A DNA stretch of 63,909 nt, filler included, from Thelocarpon superellum (taxonomy: Eukaryota), in assembly GCA_026025795.1 (NCBI GenBank). It is 4 parts of 4 records of this genome, joined end to end, with 100 filler letters (N's around TTAATTAATTAA, not from the genome) between each part and the next. Parts side by side here need not be neighbours in the genome. Positions count along the whole stretch, not along the records: positions 48,506 to 63,909 come from JAPEUG010000409.1; 3 more parts are not named here. The stretch is one strand, 5' to 3'. The position numbers were made by a program, and so were the translations under genes. Shown in pieces: positions 48,506 to 59,610 of this stretch. The notes below the pieces were generated by a model, which saw only the letters and a program-made list of their open reading frames with translations, was not told where the DNA came from and ran no database searches. Every line of letters starts with the position of its first letter. Positions within the stretch are counted from its first letter, which is position 1.

Positions 48506-51500
48506 GGGCGGATGCTGACTGCGTGTATGATGAGAATGTGTGCCTGCTGCTTGTGTCTCCCTTTGCATGCTGAAGGACTTTCCACTCCAATAGCCGAATA
48601 GACCGGTCCCTTGTAACATCTCGTCCCTTCCAGCATCCATCTGAGACGGCAGCTAAGCTTGTGAGTGATGTCGTCATCACCATCATCAGCACCATCATCA
48701 TCGTCATCATCATCTGCCAAGCACTTGCCAGTCCGTGGATGCATCTACGGTCGGCAGGCCGAATCGGGCAACGTCCACGCCGTCCAGTCCTCGGCTCAGC
48801 CATCTGCAATTCTTGTTTGCCCCGCACTTCCTCTCGATACGAAGCCCTACTCTCCCATATAGCGGAGTGATGAGACATCTGTCAAACCCTATCCGACCAG
48901 GATAGGCAGGCCGACAGGCAGGCAAGCATTGAGGGACGCGACGCAACATCGACCCCATGAAGTACCGGGTCCATGGTATTCGCATCGCCTGTGGTGACGA
49001 AGTATCACATATCCGCGTCCGCGTTGGAAAGAGCGCTGAGTCCGGGAGAGGGATGCAGCCGCCGCTCTGGCTTCGTTGGCACATCGGAAGTGAGGAGATG
49101 GATCGCTCCGATCCGCACCGCCCTGTGACGAAACATAGGGTTTTCTTGCTTGTTGGGAGAGCTTCATCTCGGTCTATGCGCGTGGAGGAAGGTAGCAGCC
49201 AAGACGACTGGCATGTTGAAGGTTATCAGAAAGTCACCTTCGCGTCGGGCACTCGCTGGCTCCGACCCCGACCGGTGGTATTCCTCTAGTCTCTAGGCGA
49301 GGGCCGTTGCGGAGGGAAGTGTGGGGGACGGGGCGCCGTCCCGTCCTGGTGGCAAGGGCATGACCCACGAACTATGTTAGACTCGAGGTCGAGCATGGTA
49401 CGGACGTGGACGTGGACGTGACCGTAGACGTGGACCCGGTGAGTAGAGGCGCGGCACTAGAGCTACAGTGGGGTGAGGAATCCGGAGCAGCGATGTCGCA
49501 ATCCTTCCTCCCACCTCCAATAACCTTATCGCGCTCTCGTGCTCGACCGGTTCCACCCGGCGGAGGAAGCCATGGGATTCCCAAGAGTCACTAGAGTCGC
49601 TCTTCCACAGCTGCCATTCTCCGTTATTCTCCGCAATGTCGTTGCGCTAATGCCAGGGAACCACCCGTCGCCGTCGCGCTCTCATCCTCGTTTGCCTTTT
49701 CGGGATATGGCGAGTCTTTTCGCTCCGTCTCACAGCGTCTGAAGCTCGTGAGAAGAGCCCCAGGACGAGGATATCTCGTAATGAGCTACGGACGGCCACA
49801 GGACCTCTATAGCTACGCGACCGCCCGCTTAGTTCGTAGGACAGGACTTTTATCGATCCTCCGTCCCTTGAGCCGGTCATTTTCAACCCATCTTGATTTT
49901 CTTTTGTGGGAACGGAGCCCTCTGCTCTCTCAGCTCTCATCCTGCTATCTCCGTCCGTCACTCGATCCAGTAACGGTCAATTCTTCTCAACGTCCCACCG
50001 ATTGGTCCACTCTCCCCTATCATTCCAGTCGTCACATTCCGCCGTCTGCATGATTTGACACTGGCTGCATCGCATCGAAGTAGCACCTCAGCGTGTCGGG
50101 CAAATGAACCAATACCCTCTCTTCGAGCATGTGAAGACAGCTCCCGCATCTGTCCTACCTTGTTGATTCGTCCATCTTGCAGCTGTGGTTTCCCGATACC
50201 GGAGAGTCTCGCCAGTCTTAAAGGACGAGCGTCGTAAGCAAGGTAAAGTCTCGTGCATCCTCTACACAGGGAGCATGCCGCCTTCCCACGACATTGTCTA
50301 TCAAGAATCGATCAAGTCATACCAAGTGCTCGTTACCGAGACCCGGTAGCCAAACCAAGGCGCCGCGTTGCCACCCAAGTTATGGTAACTTGTTGGCACT
50401 GTAAGGACCCTGGGCGACTCCTCTGCCCTTAGTATCCCCCGCATACCCCACCTACCCCACCTTTTCAGACGCCCTGAGACGAGGTAGATGGCCGTGGCAC
50501 TTTCATTATCTAAACTTACCATGACTCCTACTAGGATACAAGTACGATAGTCACAAGGATACCCATTAGTAACGGCTTGAGCAAGACGCTACTAGCTTCT
50601 TGCTATCAAGGTCCGATCCCGGGTGTCAAGATCCATGACGGTGGTTTGAGCGCAGGCTCGCTATGGCGATTAATCGGTCGTGGAAAGCGAAATGCAAAAC
50701 TGAAGGCGGAAGCGGTGGCGGGAAAGCGCGGACGCGCCACGAGGATGCATCTCGTTCAATGCAAAGGGCGGCACTGTCCCTGAGCCACCTTTGGTACTCG
50801 CGGAGAGGTGCGAACGCTTTTGCCTTGGGGACAGCGCCAGCCCCGCTGGAGCTCATAGCTTTCGGTGCAGTAATGGTAAAGTTGTAGTTTTTCGCCGACA
50901 AGCCTTATCGGTACCTGTAACTCCAGCCCTACGGAAACTGGCTCTCGGCTTGGGCACCGTCAAGAACGGCCTTACCGCTGGCAACGGCGTGCGCAGCTAA
51001 CCGGAAGAGAAAGAGAGGGGAATGATTGCCAACCAAATATGACGACGACAGTATCGTGGCGTGACATTGCGTGGCGTTAAGGTAGCGCGGACAGACGCTG
51101 TTGAGGCATTCCACTTTATTTTCTCTTACTCCATCTGGTACGTACGAGTTAGTTGCATGAGGAGGGGGGTCAACGTGGATCAGCGTTAGCGATGGTAGTA
51201 GAGGGATGCTATGTATGGTAAGATGGTGGCGGCGGTGGTAGTCAGTCCATTTATCAATTCTTGGCTTGTCTCACTTTACCCACTTCTCCCCAACCATATC
51301 AGTACATGCTCCTCGTCATAGCCGTAGCCAAGCCGAAAGATGGCTGCCATACGTATCTGTCCCGCTAGCATGGTAAGTATGGAGCTGACCTGTCTGGCGG
51401 TATCCAATGTAGGCGATTAGCTGGCTTAGTGGCCGCATGTTCTCGTTCGAGCCCCTGCACAGTACCCTACCCATCAACCTGTCGCGATCTGGGCTACTCA

Positions 51501-51930
51501 TTGCATGCATGCATGTACAGTGCAAGTATGCCCGCCTGCCTGCCGAGCAGCCAGGGAATCAACCGACCTGCAGGACCTGACCTGGCTTGCCGACTCGGCA
51601 AGAGAGATGACTGGACACCGCCATGTCTCCGGAAGACGGACCGGAGTTGCCGCTGCTGGTGCACGTTCTTTGCACGCCAACCACGAACTTGGTTAGCATG
51701 CAGGAAACCGCTACGCAGCTGATGGCTGATGGCTGTTTGGCTGCACTTCCTTAGCTCGACATCGACTTGTCGTCCTATCGTAAGTAGTACCGACTGTTCG
51801 GTAAATATTGCGGTGTGGAGATGCGCGTCTTCTGCATATGCTCACTCGTCCATACCCCCCGCCATCCGTATGGATGTATCTCGTCATCAACCCAACTCTG
51901 TCCATCTATCGTGCATCGCGATGTGGCATG

Positions 51931-51956
51931 GCATGGCATGGCATGCCATGCCATGC
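51931..51956. repeat. Perfect 26-bp palindrome built from GCATG units
   Basis: GCATGGCATGGCATGCCATGCCATGC equals its own reverse complement. Confidence 0.9.
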
Positions 51957-52430
51957 GGTGCGACGTGCAAAGATGCCCAACCATGTGGATGTGACTCCGT
52001 AGATTGAGGGTATCTCACAAAATGCAAAGCGACCGGGGATGAAGATGATGGCAGCGTCGTCGGTAGCAGGACAGATCCGTCCGTGGGACGCCAACACACA
52101 TTCTACAATCCAACTTACCCTAGATCGTGGGTACAACACCTTCAGATATGCTCACGATTGTGATAACGATTAGCGCGTAATCTCGATCGAGTCCGAGTCC
52201 GCGCCCGCGTCCCGAAATCGAGTTTGGGAAGTGGCGGCTATGATCGGGGGGCGTCGGGGTGGTATGCGCGATCTGTTTCGCACGGGACACAGGGTATGAC
52301 CTGATCAGCCGATGCAAGGAGGGGACGACCTTTTTGGCGGTGTGGTGATTCCTGACGGTGGTGGTGGTCGGAAGGGTGGGGTAAAACTGCCCTACCCCAA
52401 AACCTTCACCACCCCTGCCACTGCCTCCAT

Positions 52431-52550
52431 GCCACACCCTCCACTACCACCACCACCACTACTACCACCACTATTACCACTACCACCACTACCACCACTA
52501 TTACCACTACCACCACTACCACCACTGACACCGCTTCCACTGCTACCACC
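52431..52550. repeat. Compound (CCA/CTA)n microsatellite with a 9-bp CCACTACCA period
   Basis: Read directly from the sequence, in non-coding DNA downstream of creA. Confidence 0.88.
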
Positions 52551-53386
52551 TACCAAGAACTTACGCTTACTACTAGAGAGTAAGTTCGGTGTACGTGAGT
52601 AAGTGGAGCATGGTGGTGTGGCGCCCGAGGCGATTACCTCCAGTCTGTGTGTCTTAAGCGTGTGGGGGTGGACGAGACTGCCAACTCGTTGGGCCGTTAG
52701 TCACCCGTTACCACTGGCGTGAGCGAGCGCAGGCCAGCAGTCGAAAGTCGGTGTGCGAATACGCATAAGTCACGATGCGACTGCGCCCCATGACCAAGGC
52801 TGTCTGCCCGACCTCTAATGGCTACTGGGCTCTTGGTGGTGATGAGCTTGTTGTCTCAGTAGTTGCAGGGTCGTTTGTACGTCGCGCATGGTGATTTATG
52901 TTCGTCTAATTACGCGGTGGGGAGGAGCTCAGAGAAGAAGTCTTCCCGGATAAGGCAGCTCTAGAATAAGGTAAGAGAGGATATGATTGTGTGAAGCAGG
53001 GAAGATGAGGGTGAAGGAGGGTAAGGTAGTAGCTTCATGTAATCGAAGTGGCGCCTGCGCTGGTATCTTTGGTCACAAAAAGATCACGACGCAGAGAAGA
53101 TCTATTTGGTGCGGGTGTTGCAAAGTGGAGATGTGACGAGAGGGGAGTAGAGCGGAGTGAAGAGGGCGTAGATGTCCGAATCGAAGAAGTCAACAGCGCG
53201 GTGTACCCATCACACCGCGGAGCCGCTTGAGAATCGCCGCCCAGGTCCATCCGCTAGTCTGTTTGGTTGCCTGCGAAAAAAAACAAGCGGCGATACCGTC
53301 GATGGGTACGCCGGACAGGTGCCTCATCGGACCAAACTGGAGGCTCACGCGTAGTCGAGATGTGGTACGACGGAGTGACGCGATCC

Positions 53387-54733
53387 TCACATTCGCTCCG
53401 AGAGATCCCCTCCAGCCACGGACGCGGCGTTCGAGGAGTTGCCGCTCGAGAAGCCACCGTGCAGCATGTCTTGCACGGCGACCTTGGGGATTTGCGGTGC
53501 GGGAAGCTTTCGCTGAGAACCCTCCGATCGGGACACAATGTCGCTGATCCGCAGTCCCGAGGACGGTTGACTCGTCGTGGACGAGACGTGGAAAGACGGC
53601 GGACCGTCCGCCTGCGGCTCCATCGGCGCGAGAGCAGGCGTGTGCTGCAACGACAGATGACGGATTCCCGGCAGATGCATGTCCGGCGCGCCATACGGTC
53701 GGAGGCGTGGCGAATGCGCAGGCGTGGCGAGCGGCGTGTGGTCGGGCGTCGGCGAACACGAGTCATGCGAGAAGGTCGGGGACGAAGGCGCGGTGGAGAT
53801 GGGCGAGTTGGGCTTCGACCGCTTCGACATCCGTCGCAGGTAAGGGTCGTCTTCTTCGTGCGAGTTGGACCGCGACATCGTATGGGAATAGGCATACGCC
53901 GAGAGCGACGGCATCCGACCACTGTTGTGGTGGTACGGGTGGTGCAGATGTCGGTGGTGGGCGTGGTAGGTGGGCAGCGGCTGGTTGTCTCGCTCCACCT
54001 GCGACGCCGCCGTGGCGAGAAGGTTGATGTCGAGTGGGTTCGGTCGCGACATCTCGCCCGCCGATCGAGCGTACGGTCCCAGGCCCGACGGAGCGTTGCT
54101 GCTGTAGTTGGAGTAGGAGTGCGGCGGTGACACGTTGGGCGAAGTCACCTCGGACGCCGGCGCCGAGCGAGAGATGACCTTGGGCGGCGGCGGCATCAAC
54201 GACGCCGAGAAGGAGGCTTCGCCGCCGCTGCCTGGCATGGAGCCGCCGGCCGCGCCCCCGACATGCGGGGACTTGTGACTTCGTCTTGAGTTGGGGTTGT
54301 TGTGAATGCGCGAGTGTCGAGTCAATTCGTCCGATCGGCTGAAGCGTTTGGTGCAGCCGATGAATTGGCACGCGTGCGGTTTCTCGCCCGTGTGCGTCCG
54401 AATGTGTCGAGTCTGATGCTCTAATCGGTGAAAGGCCTTGTCGCACAGCGGGCACTTGTATGGACGAGGGAGGTCCGGTCGATGTTCGCCCGAGTCCGCC
54501 TGGGCTCCACCGACGAGCGACGGGAGCATACTGACGGCAGCGGACGCCATCGGCTGCTCTTGGTCAGACGACGACGACGACGATGACGATAACGACGACG
54601 ATGTGTGGACGACGCTCGTGCCGGTGGTCGCGGGAGGATCGTGAGGGGCGAAAGAAGGGAGCTGGAGTCGGGGGGCGGAGGGTTGGGATTGGAGCAGATT
54701 TGAGAGTTCCCAGGCGGAGGAAGCGCGTTGCAT
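53387..54733 (-). CDS. creA: Carbon catabolite repressor CreA/Cre1 (two C2H2 zinc fingers), intronless, 448 aa
   Basis: [34 protein letters not shown]...[14 protein letters not shown], the conserved [36 protein letters not shown] block, and LPGIRHLSL. Confidence 0.97.
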   Translation of the reverse strand: MQRASSAWELSNLLQSQPSAPRLQLPSFAPHDPPATTGTSVVHTSSSLSSSSSSSSDQEQPMASAAVSMLPSLVGGAQADSGEHRPDLPRPYKCPLCDKAFHRLEHQTRHIRTHTGEKPHACQFIGCTKRFSRSDELTRHSRIHNNPNSRRSHKSPHVGGAAGGSMPGSGGEASFSASLMPPPPKVISRSAPASEVTSPNVSPPHSYSNYSSNAPSGLGPYARSAGEMSRPNPLDINLLATAASQVERDNQPLPTYHAHHRHLHHPYHHNSGRMPSLSAYAYSHTMSRSNSHEEDDPYLRRMSKRSKPNSPISTAPSSPTFSHDSCSPTPDHTPLATPAHSPRLRPYGAPDMHLPGIRHLSLQHTPALAPMEPQADGPPSFHVSSTTSQPSSGLRISDIVSRSEGSQRKLPAPQIPKVAVQDMLHGGFSSGNSSNAASVAGGDLSERM

Positions 54734-57700
54734 GTGATCGACGTGGCAGCCCTACGAAGGCTTGTGATCGAGCCCGGGCGGACGCGAGGTGTCGGTGACG
54801 AGGTAGACTATGCCGTGACGGTGCGCGAGGAATGAGGACCGAGGACTACTTTTTCCACCACGGCCCTGCTTTCCTTGTGTAAGTCCCCGACTCGATCGGA
54901 GAGATGCCCGCGGGACTAGGGAGGGTATGATCGCGCGGTGTCAAGTTGGCGATAGAGGTGAAGAGTTGAATGATCGGGAGAGCGACAGGCCACGGGAAGG
55001 GGGGGGTACAAATGGGATGCGAGCGTGTGGAGGCGTGTCAGCAGAAACGTGGGGGAGCTCGGCTTGCGTCGCAGGGCCTCGCCAGCAGGGCCCGGGGGTG
55101 GGAGGAACACGGGGGGCGTGGAGGGTGAGGGTGGGGAGGCGTGAAGCGACCAAGCCAAGCGACCGTCAACGAATGCTCTTGCGAGGCCCACTGACTCTGC
55201 ACTGCCCAACCACGTGGTGAAAGCTCAGTGCGCGCAGGGCCAAGGAGGCAGCAGGAACGCGACTGACGAGCGTGGATCGGATGAGAAGCGGATTGGGTGC
55301 GATTCGACACTGTTGACAGTGGTAGGAGGACGTTGGGATTCGTGCATGCGTCCGGGGGGCCCTTCAAGCGAGTCAGGGACGACGCAGGATGCGACGCATG
55401 CGACGCACTTGCTATGCGATGCGGCCGCTGGGATGGGGGGAGCAGCGCGGGCAAGGTCGCCGGGTGGGCTGAGCGTATCTCGGGCGTGCAGCGACGGTGA
55501 CAACGATTACGAGGGCGGAGGGTAAGGGAGGACTCGGGCGTTCCGGTCGGTGGGACAGCGGCTGAAGCAGCGTCGGGGCTGACTGCAGGGGTGGGGTAGC
55601 GTGAGCGACGGTAGGCTGGTCCGGCGTGGAGGAGCGCGCGGCGCGCGGGCGAAGCGTGGAGAGGCAACAAGGGCCAGCCGGGGAGAAGAATTCGAGAAGC
55701 AGAAGGCTCGCGTTTGGCGAAGAGCAAAGTGTCGAGCGATAGCGTGGACCTCGAACCCTAGTCGATCTTAGCGATCTCCATCGAGTGGGGAGAGGCACGA
55801 GAGATTTGATGGGGAAGGGAGGGGGGCGCCCCCGGAAACAGGAAGGCCGGACCGGTCGCATGAAGGGGGGGCCTACAACCAACCTTAACGAAGCAGAATG
55901 TGGAGGACTGGCCGGGTGATGGACCGGCTCATCGGGCGATTCCGGCACTGGCTCGCCTTTGACGGCTCAGCTATCGTCGTCGTTTCGTCGCTGCCGGACG
56001 ACGAATGAACGCACGGCCTGCGCGGTGGAGAAGGAGAAGGCAGGAAAAAGCTTGAAGCCGTGCTAGGGCTGGAGCGAGGTTTCGCCAGGATGGAAGGCGA
56101 GATTGCACCGGGCGAGCACCGCAGTGCACTCCACCGAAGACGGGGCAAGACGCGCACCAAAGGTGCTGCCTTGGTGTCGTCGATCCTGCAGCGCAACGTG
56201 GCGGGCGCTAGGGCCTGACGTCTGGATCACCGCGGCCGTCGGGCGGACTAGGGACGAGAAAAAGGGGAGCTCCCGCGCCACGGCGGTGGAGGCGGCGGTG
56301 ACGAGCGAGCGCCGGATGATGACGACGATCGATTTGAAACTGGCAGACGCGCTGACGCGATCGATCGCGGCGTCGCTCGCGCACTCTTGCGGGACTTGCG
56401 TGGCGTCGCGCACGAGTGGTGAGCCGGAGTTCCGCGGTAGAATTACGGTACCAGATAGACTGGACGAATGCATGGGTTTTGCCCACCCGGTACAAGTAGC
56501 TATCGTGGAGATTGTGGATATTGCACCTTTCTACCAAATCCCGCCCGCTGGCAGGGCGGACGGGCTCTTTATCGTTTCTCTCCACCGACCCTGGCCCTCC
56601 CTGCTCCGCGCGTCTGCGATCTATTTGGCCCGGCCGTCGTATCGCGGGTCACCCCCCGGAACAGGGCCCCATACGGCCACGAACGGGGGCGCCTGGATTG
56701 GACGAGGAGATGATTGCTGAAGTTTCGCGCCGCTGCCGTGACCGATCGTAAGCAGATCATGGGTCTGAAGTGGCTTCGCGATCTCGCCGAACGAGCCGCC
56801 GACTCGCCGAGCGTAGGTCGCTGGGTCGCTGGGTCGCTGATCGACGAGGCGGCGCACCCCTCTCGAAGCTTACCGGGCCTTCTCCGAGGCCTCGTATCAG
56901 ATGAGGCCAAGCGACTTGGTGCATGGTGTCGCTGAGGCCGCTTAGGTGCAGACGCCGGCTGTGGGCAAGGTCCACCCTGCCGGGACACACCCGGCGTTGG
57001 GTTTGGAGCGTGAGATGGAGAAAGAGATTTGTGTGGGTACGGGGATGGGGAAGGTGGCGCGTGCTTGCTGTATCACGCATTTATTGGGTCGTGGTCCCCC
57101 CACAAGAATGCACCTTCTCGTCCCTGGCTCCGTTCCGGGTCCTCGCTCACAATCATCCTCAACGGGCCGGGGGCGCGGGGCCTGCAAACGGTGTGGGGTC
57201 CATTTTGGGACCCGTGCCAACCGCCCAGTGCATGACGGGCTGGGAGGAAGCTTTGCACCATCGCGCCGCGACGTGATACGAGTCACGTACAAGTACAGCA
57301 TATCGGCGCAGAGGGTGCATACCCATGGCTGGGACTGCGTGGGTGCCTGTAGATAGCGACCGGCGTGCATATGGTGGCGGATGCGGCCCCCGGGCTACGG
57401 ATGCACTCCGCGCTGAGCCGGCGAGGTTTTAAATCACGTTTAGCCTAGCCGTGGACCGCACGCCTTCGGACGTCGTGGTCAATGGACGAGGAAGCACGCT
57501 GCGTCAAGCGGCTACGCGGCCAAGAGGCCACGTCCCATGTGCTGATGGCTCGACGGTCCGCCTGATCTGGTGATGGAGCCGGCCGACGAAAGTCAGGTCG
57601 GAGGCCCGTCAGCGTGATCGATCCCGGTGGTCCCCTCGCGTGGGGGTACCGAGCAGACCAGTTGTGGGCCGGACAAGTCATGTCTCTAGAGGGCCTCGGC

Positions 57701-59298
57701 GTCAACTTTGTGGGGACCCTTCCCGTCCACGGGTAGCGGGCAGCCACAAGGACGGCCGTAGCCTGGTCAGTCTGCCTATGCCGGCGCTGAACTGGGGCAC
57801 AGGATCTGGGGAAAGGGTCTTGGATCCGAATGGTCAGACAAGCGAGCAGCAACCCACGCTCGCTTCGGCTCGCACCCCTGCCATGTCTCTCTGGAAGGGT
57901 GGCCCGAATCCTGGAAATGCGAAGCGGTCTCCAGCGACATTACTGGCACACACCTCCCCTCCCTCTGAAGACACGAGACATCGGGATGTCGAACCCCGCT
58001 CGAGGGCGTCTTCATGTGAGAACCTGCGCCGCTTCACCCTCCGTCTGGAAGCTCAATCTTGGGCCGACCGAGCGCAAACTATCGGCCGTGGAGTCACCCC
58101 GGGCCAGCCCGGGCCCGGCGTCGTTCCAAGAATAGGACCGGCCGAGATCGATGTTGCACTCGGGTCGCTTGCGGAGGCAGGGCGACACCACACGGGCACG
58201 CCAGTCGTCGGCGGTCTGCCCTTTGTGCGCACCACCATCTGACATGGTGCTGGTTTCACCGCAGGACCTGCCACTTGGTCGTCGCACAGGAAGATCATCG
58301 ATGGACCTTCATTTATGCTGTGCCTACACCCGAGATTCATACCGTAGCTAAATCAGACATGTTCGGGGCTGGTGGAAGGAGACGGACTTGCGTCCCACTG
58401 CCATAGTCTGACGACGGCTGGTGCTGGTACTGGTACAGCGCACACGGTGCGGGCGCGCGCTTGGTGGGTTCACATGTGAAATCTCATCTTAGGCCTCCCC
58501 CAGATTGTCCTCCGACCCTGGCTACGACGTCGAAAATTCGGATCCACCTTCGTACCTCAGCGATCCCGATCCCCTTGCCGAGGATGTGAGGAGAGGAGGT
58601 AGGAGTTTCCTCACAGACCGAACCTCATCCATCCCCTGCTACTAGTGTATGGTTAATGAGAATGACTTCTTCGACGCACTGTGACTCATCATTACATCAT
58701 GCACCTGGTAGCATCGGGCGTCTGGTGCACAAGTGCCACCCTGCTGCACTCGTGGCTGAATGTGATCCACCGCCTCACCCTTTCTGCCAATTTTTGATTA
58801 CCGCAGTTGCCTCTGCAGCTTGGAAGTTGCAGGCACGCCCTGGACTAGGAACGCATCATGTTGTCCCCGCCGGCCCCGTTGCGAACATTGATTGCATCAC
58901 CTGAGTGCACCGGCATCCCCGGCTATCTGTTCCGGCGAACCCGAGGATCCTAAAACCCCAACCTCGCGTACTCCAGGTCATATTCATGACTTCCAGCATA
59001 TCGAGGCTCATTCCGACGACGAGCGAGGGGGACGAGAAGAGCAAAGGAAACTTTCAGACACTGCACCTAGCTCGCCTGATGGAGTCAAATGCAGGGAGAA
59101 TCTAGACTCGACCTCTGTCAGTCCAGTACTGTCACTAGGATTCAAAATCGACCACGTCCAACAGTCCGCCCCGTAACCATATCGCAGCTTGGCAACAGTA
59201 AACACAAAAGGACACCAGGGGCATCGGAAATGCTTGGATAGTAGCAGTTCGGAGCAATGTAGCAACTGAGAATAGATGCGTGTCGAGGTCAACATGGC

Positions 59299-59303
59299 AA
59301 AAA
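59299..59303 (-). terminator. RNA polymerase III oligo-T terminator (TTTTT) of the tRNA-Ile gene
   Basis: T5 run 3 nt downstream of the discriminator base on the minus strand. Confidence 0.75.
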
Positions 59304-59306
59304 CTT

Positions 59307-59447
59307 TGGTCCCGCGGGGGCTTGAACCCCAGACCTTCGCGTATTCGTGGTAAGCCTATTAGCACGACGCTCTGAAGGAGAATCAGTCAAACAAGTCGGT
59401 GCTAGCGGTGGGGATTATACAAACCTAACCAACTGAGCTACAGGACC
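59307..59447 (-). tRNA. tRNA-Ile(AAT) gene with two introns; exons 59447-59425, 59371-59357, 59342-59307
   Basis: Joined exons GGTCCTGTAGCTCAGTTGGTTAG-AGCGTCGTGCTAATA-ACGCGAAGGTCTGGGGTTCAAGCCCCCGCGGGACCA fold into a full cloverleaf: acceptor GGTCCTG/CGGGACC, D GCTC/GAGC, anticodon stem TCGTG/CGCGA, T stem TGGGG/CCCCG. A and B boxes are intact. Confidence 0.93.
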
Positions 59448-59610
59448 GTGTTTGTTTCCGGCACGTACCAATATATATTCTTTCTCATGAAAACCGGTGG
59501 CACTGCCACTAAAGCCGCTTTTCGAACTTGGATAACGTGTTTAATTTTGGACAGCTACTTACTCTGGCAAACTGTGGTTGGGGAGCTGTCTATCCGACGG
59601 TGATCAATTT

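Noticed and set aside
50577..51114. Short ORFs downstream of creA
   Set aside because: No homology recognised and no consistent exon chain could be assembled in any frame.
52312..52602. Pro/Leu-rich 96-aa ORF
   Set aside because: Produced by the CCA/CTA microsatellite; no evidence of coding function.
58490..59176. Coding-looking fragments between creA and the tRNA (e.g. LSSDPGYDVENSDPPSY...)
   Set aside because: I could not link them into a gene model or recognise a family; they may be a decayed gene but this is unsupported.
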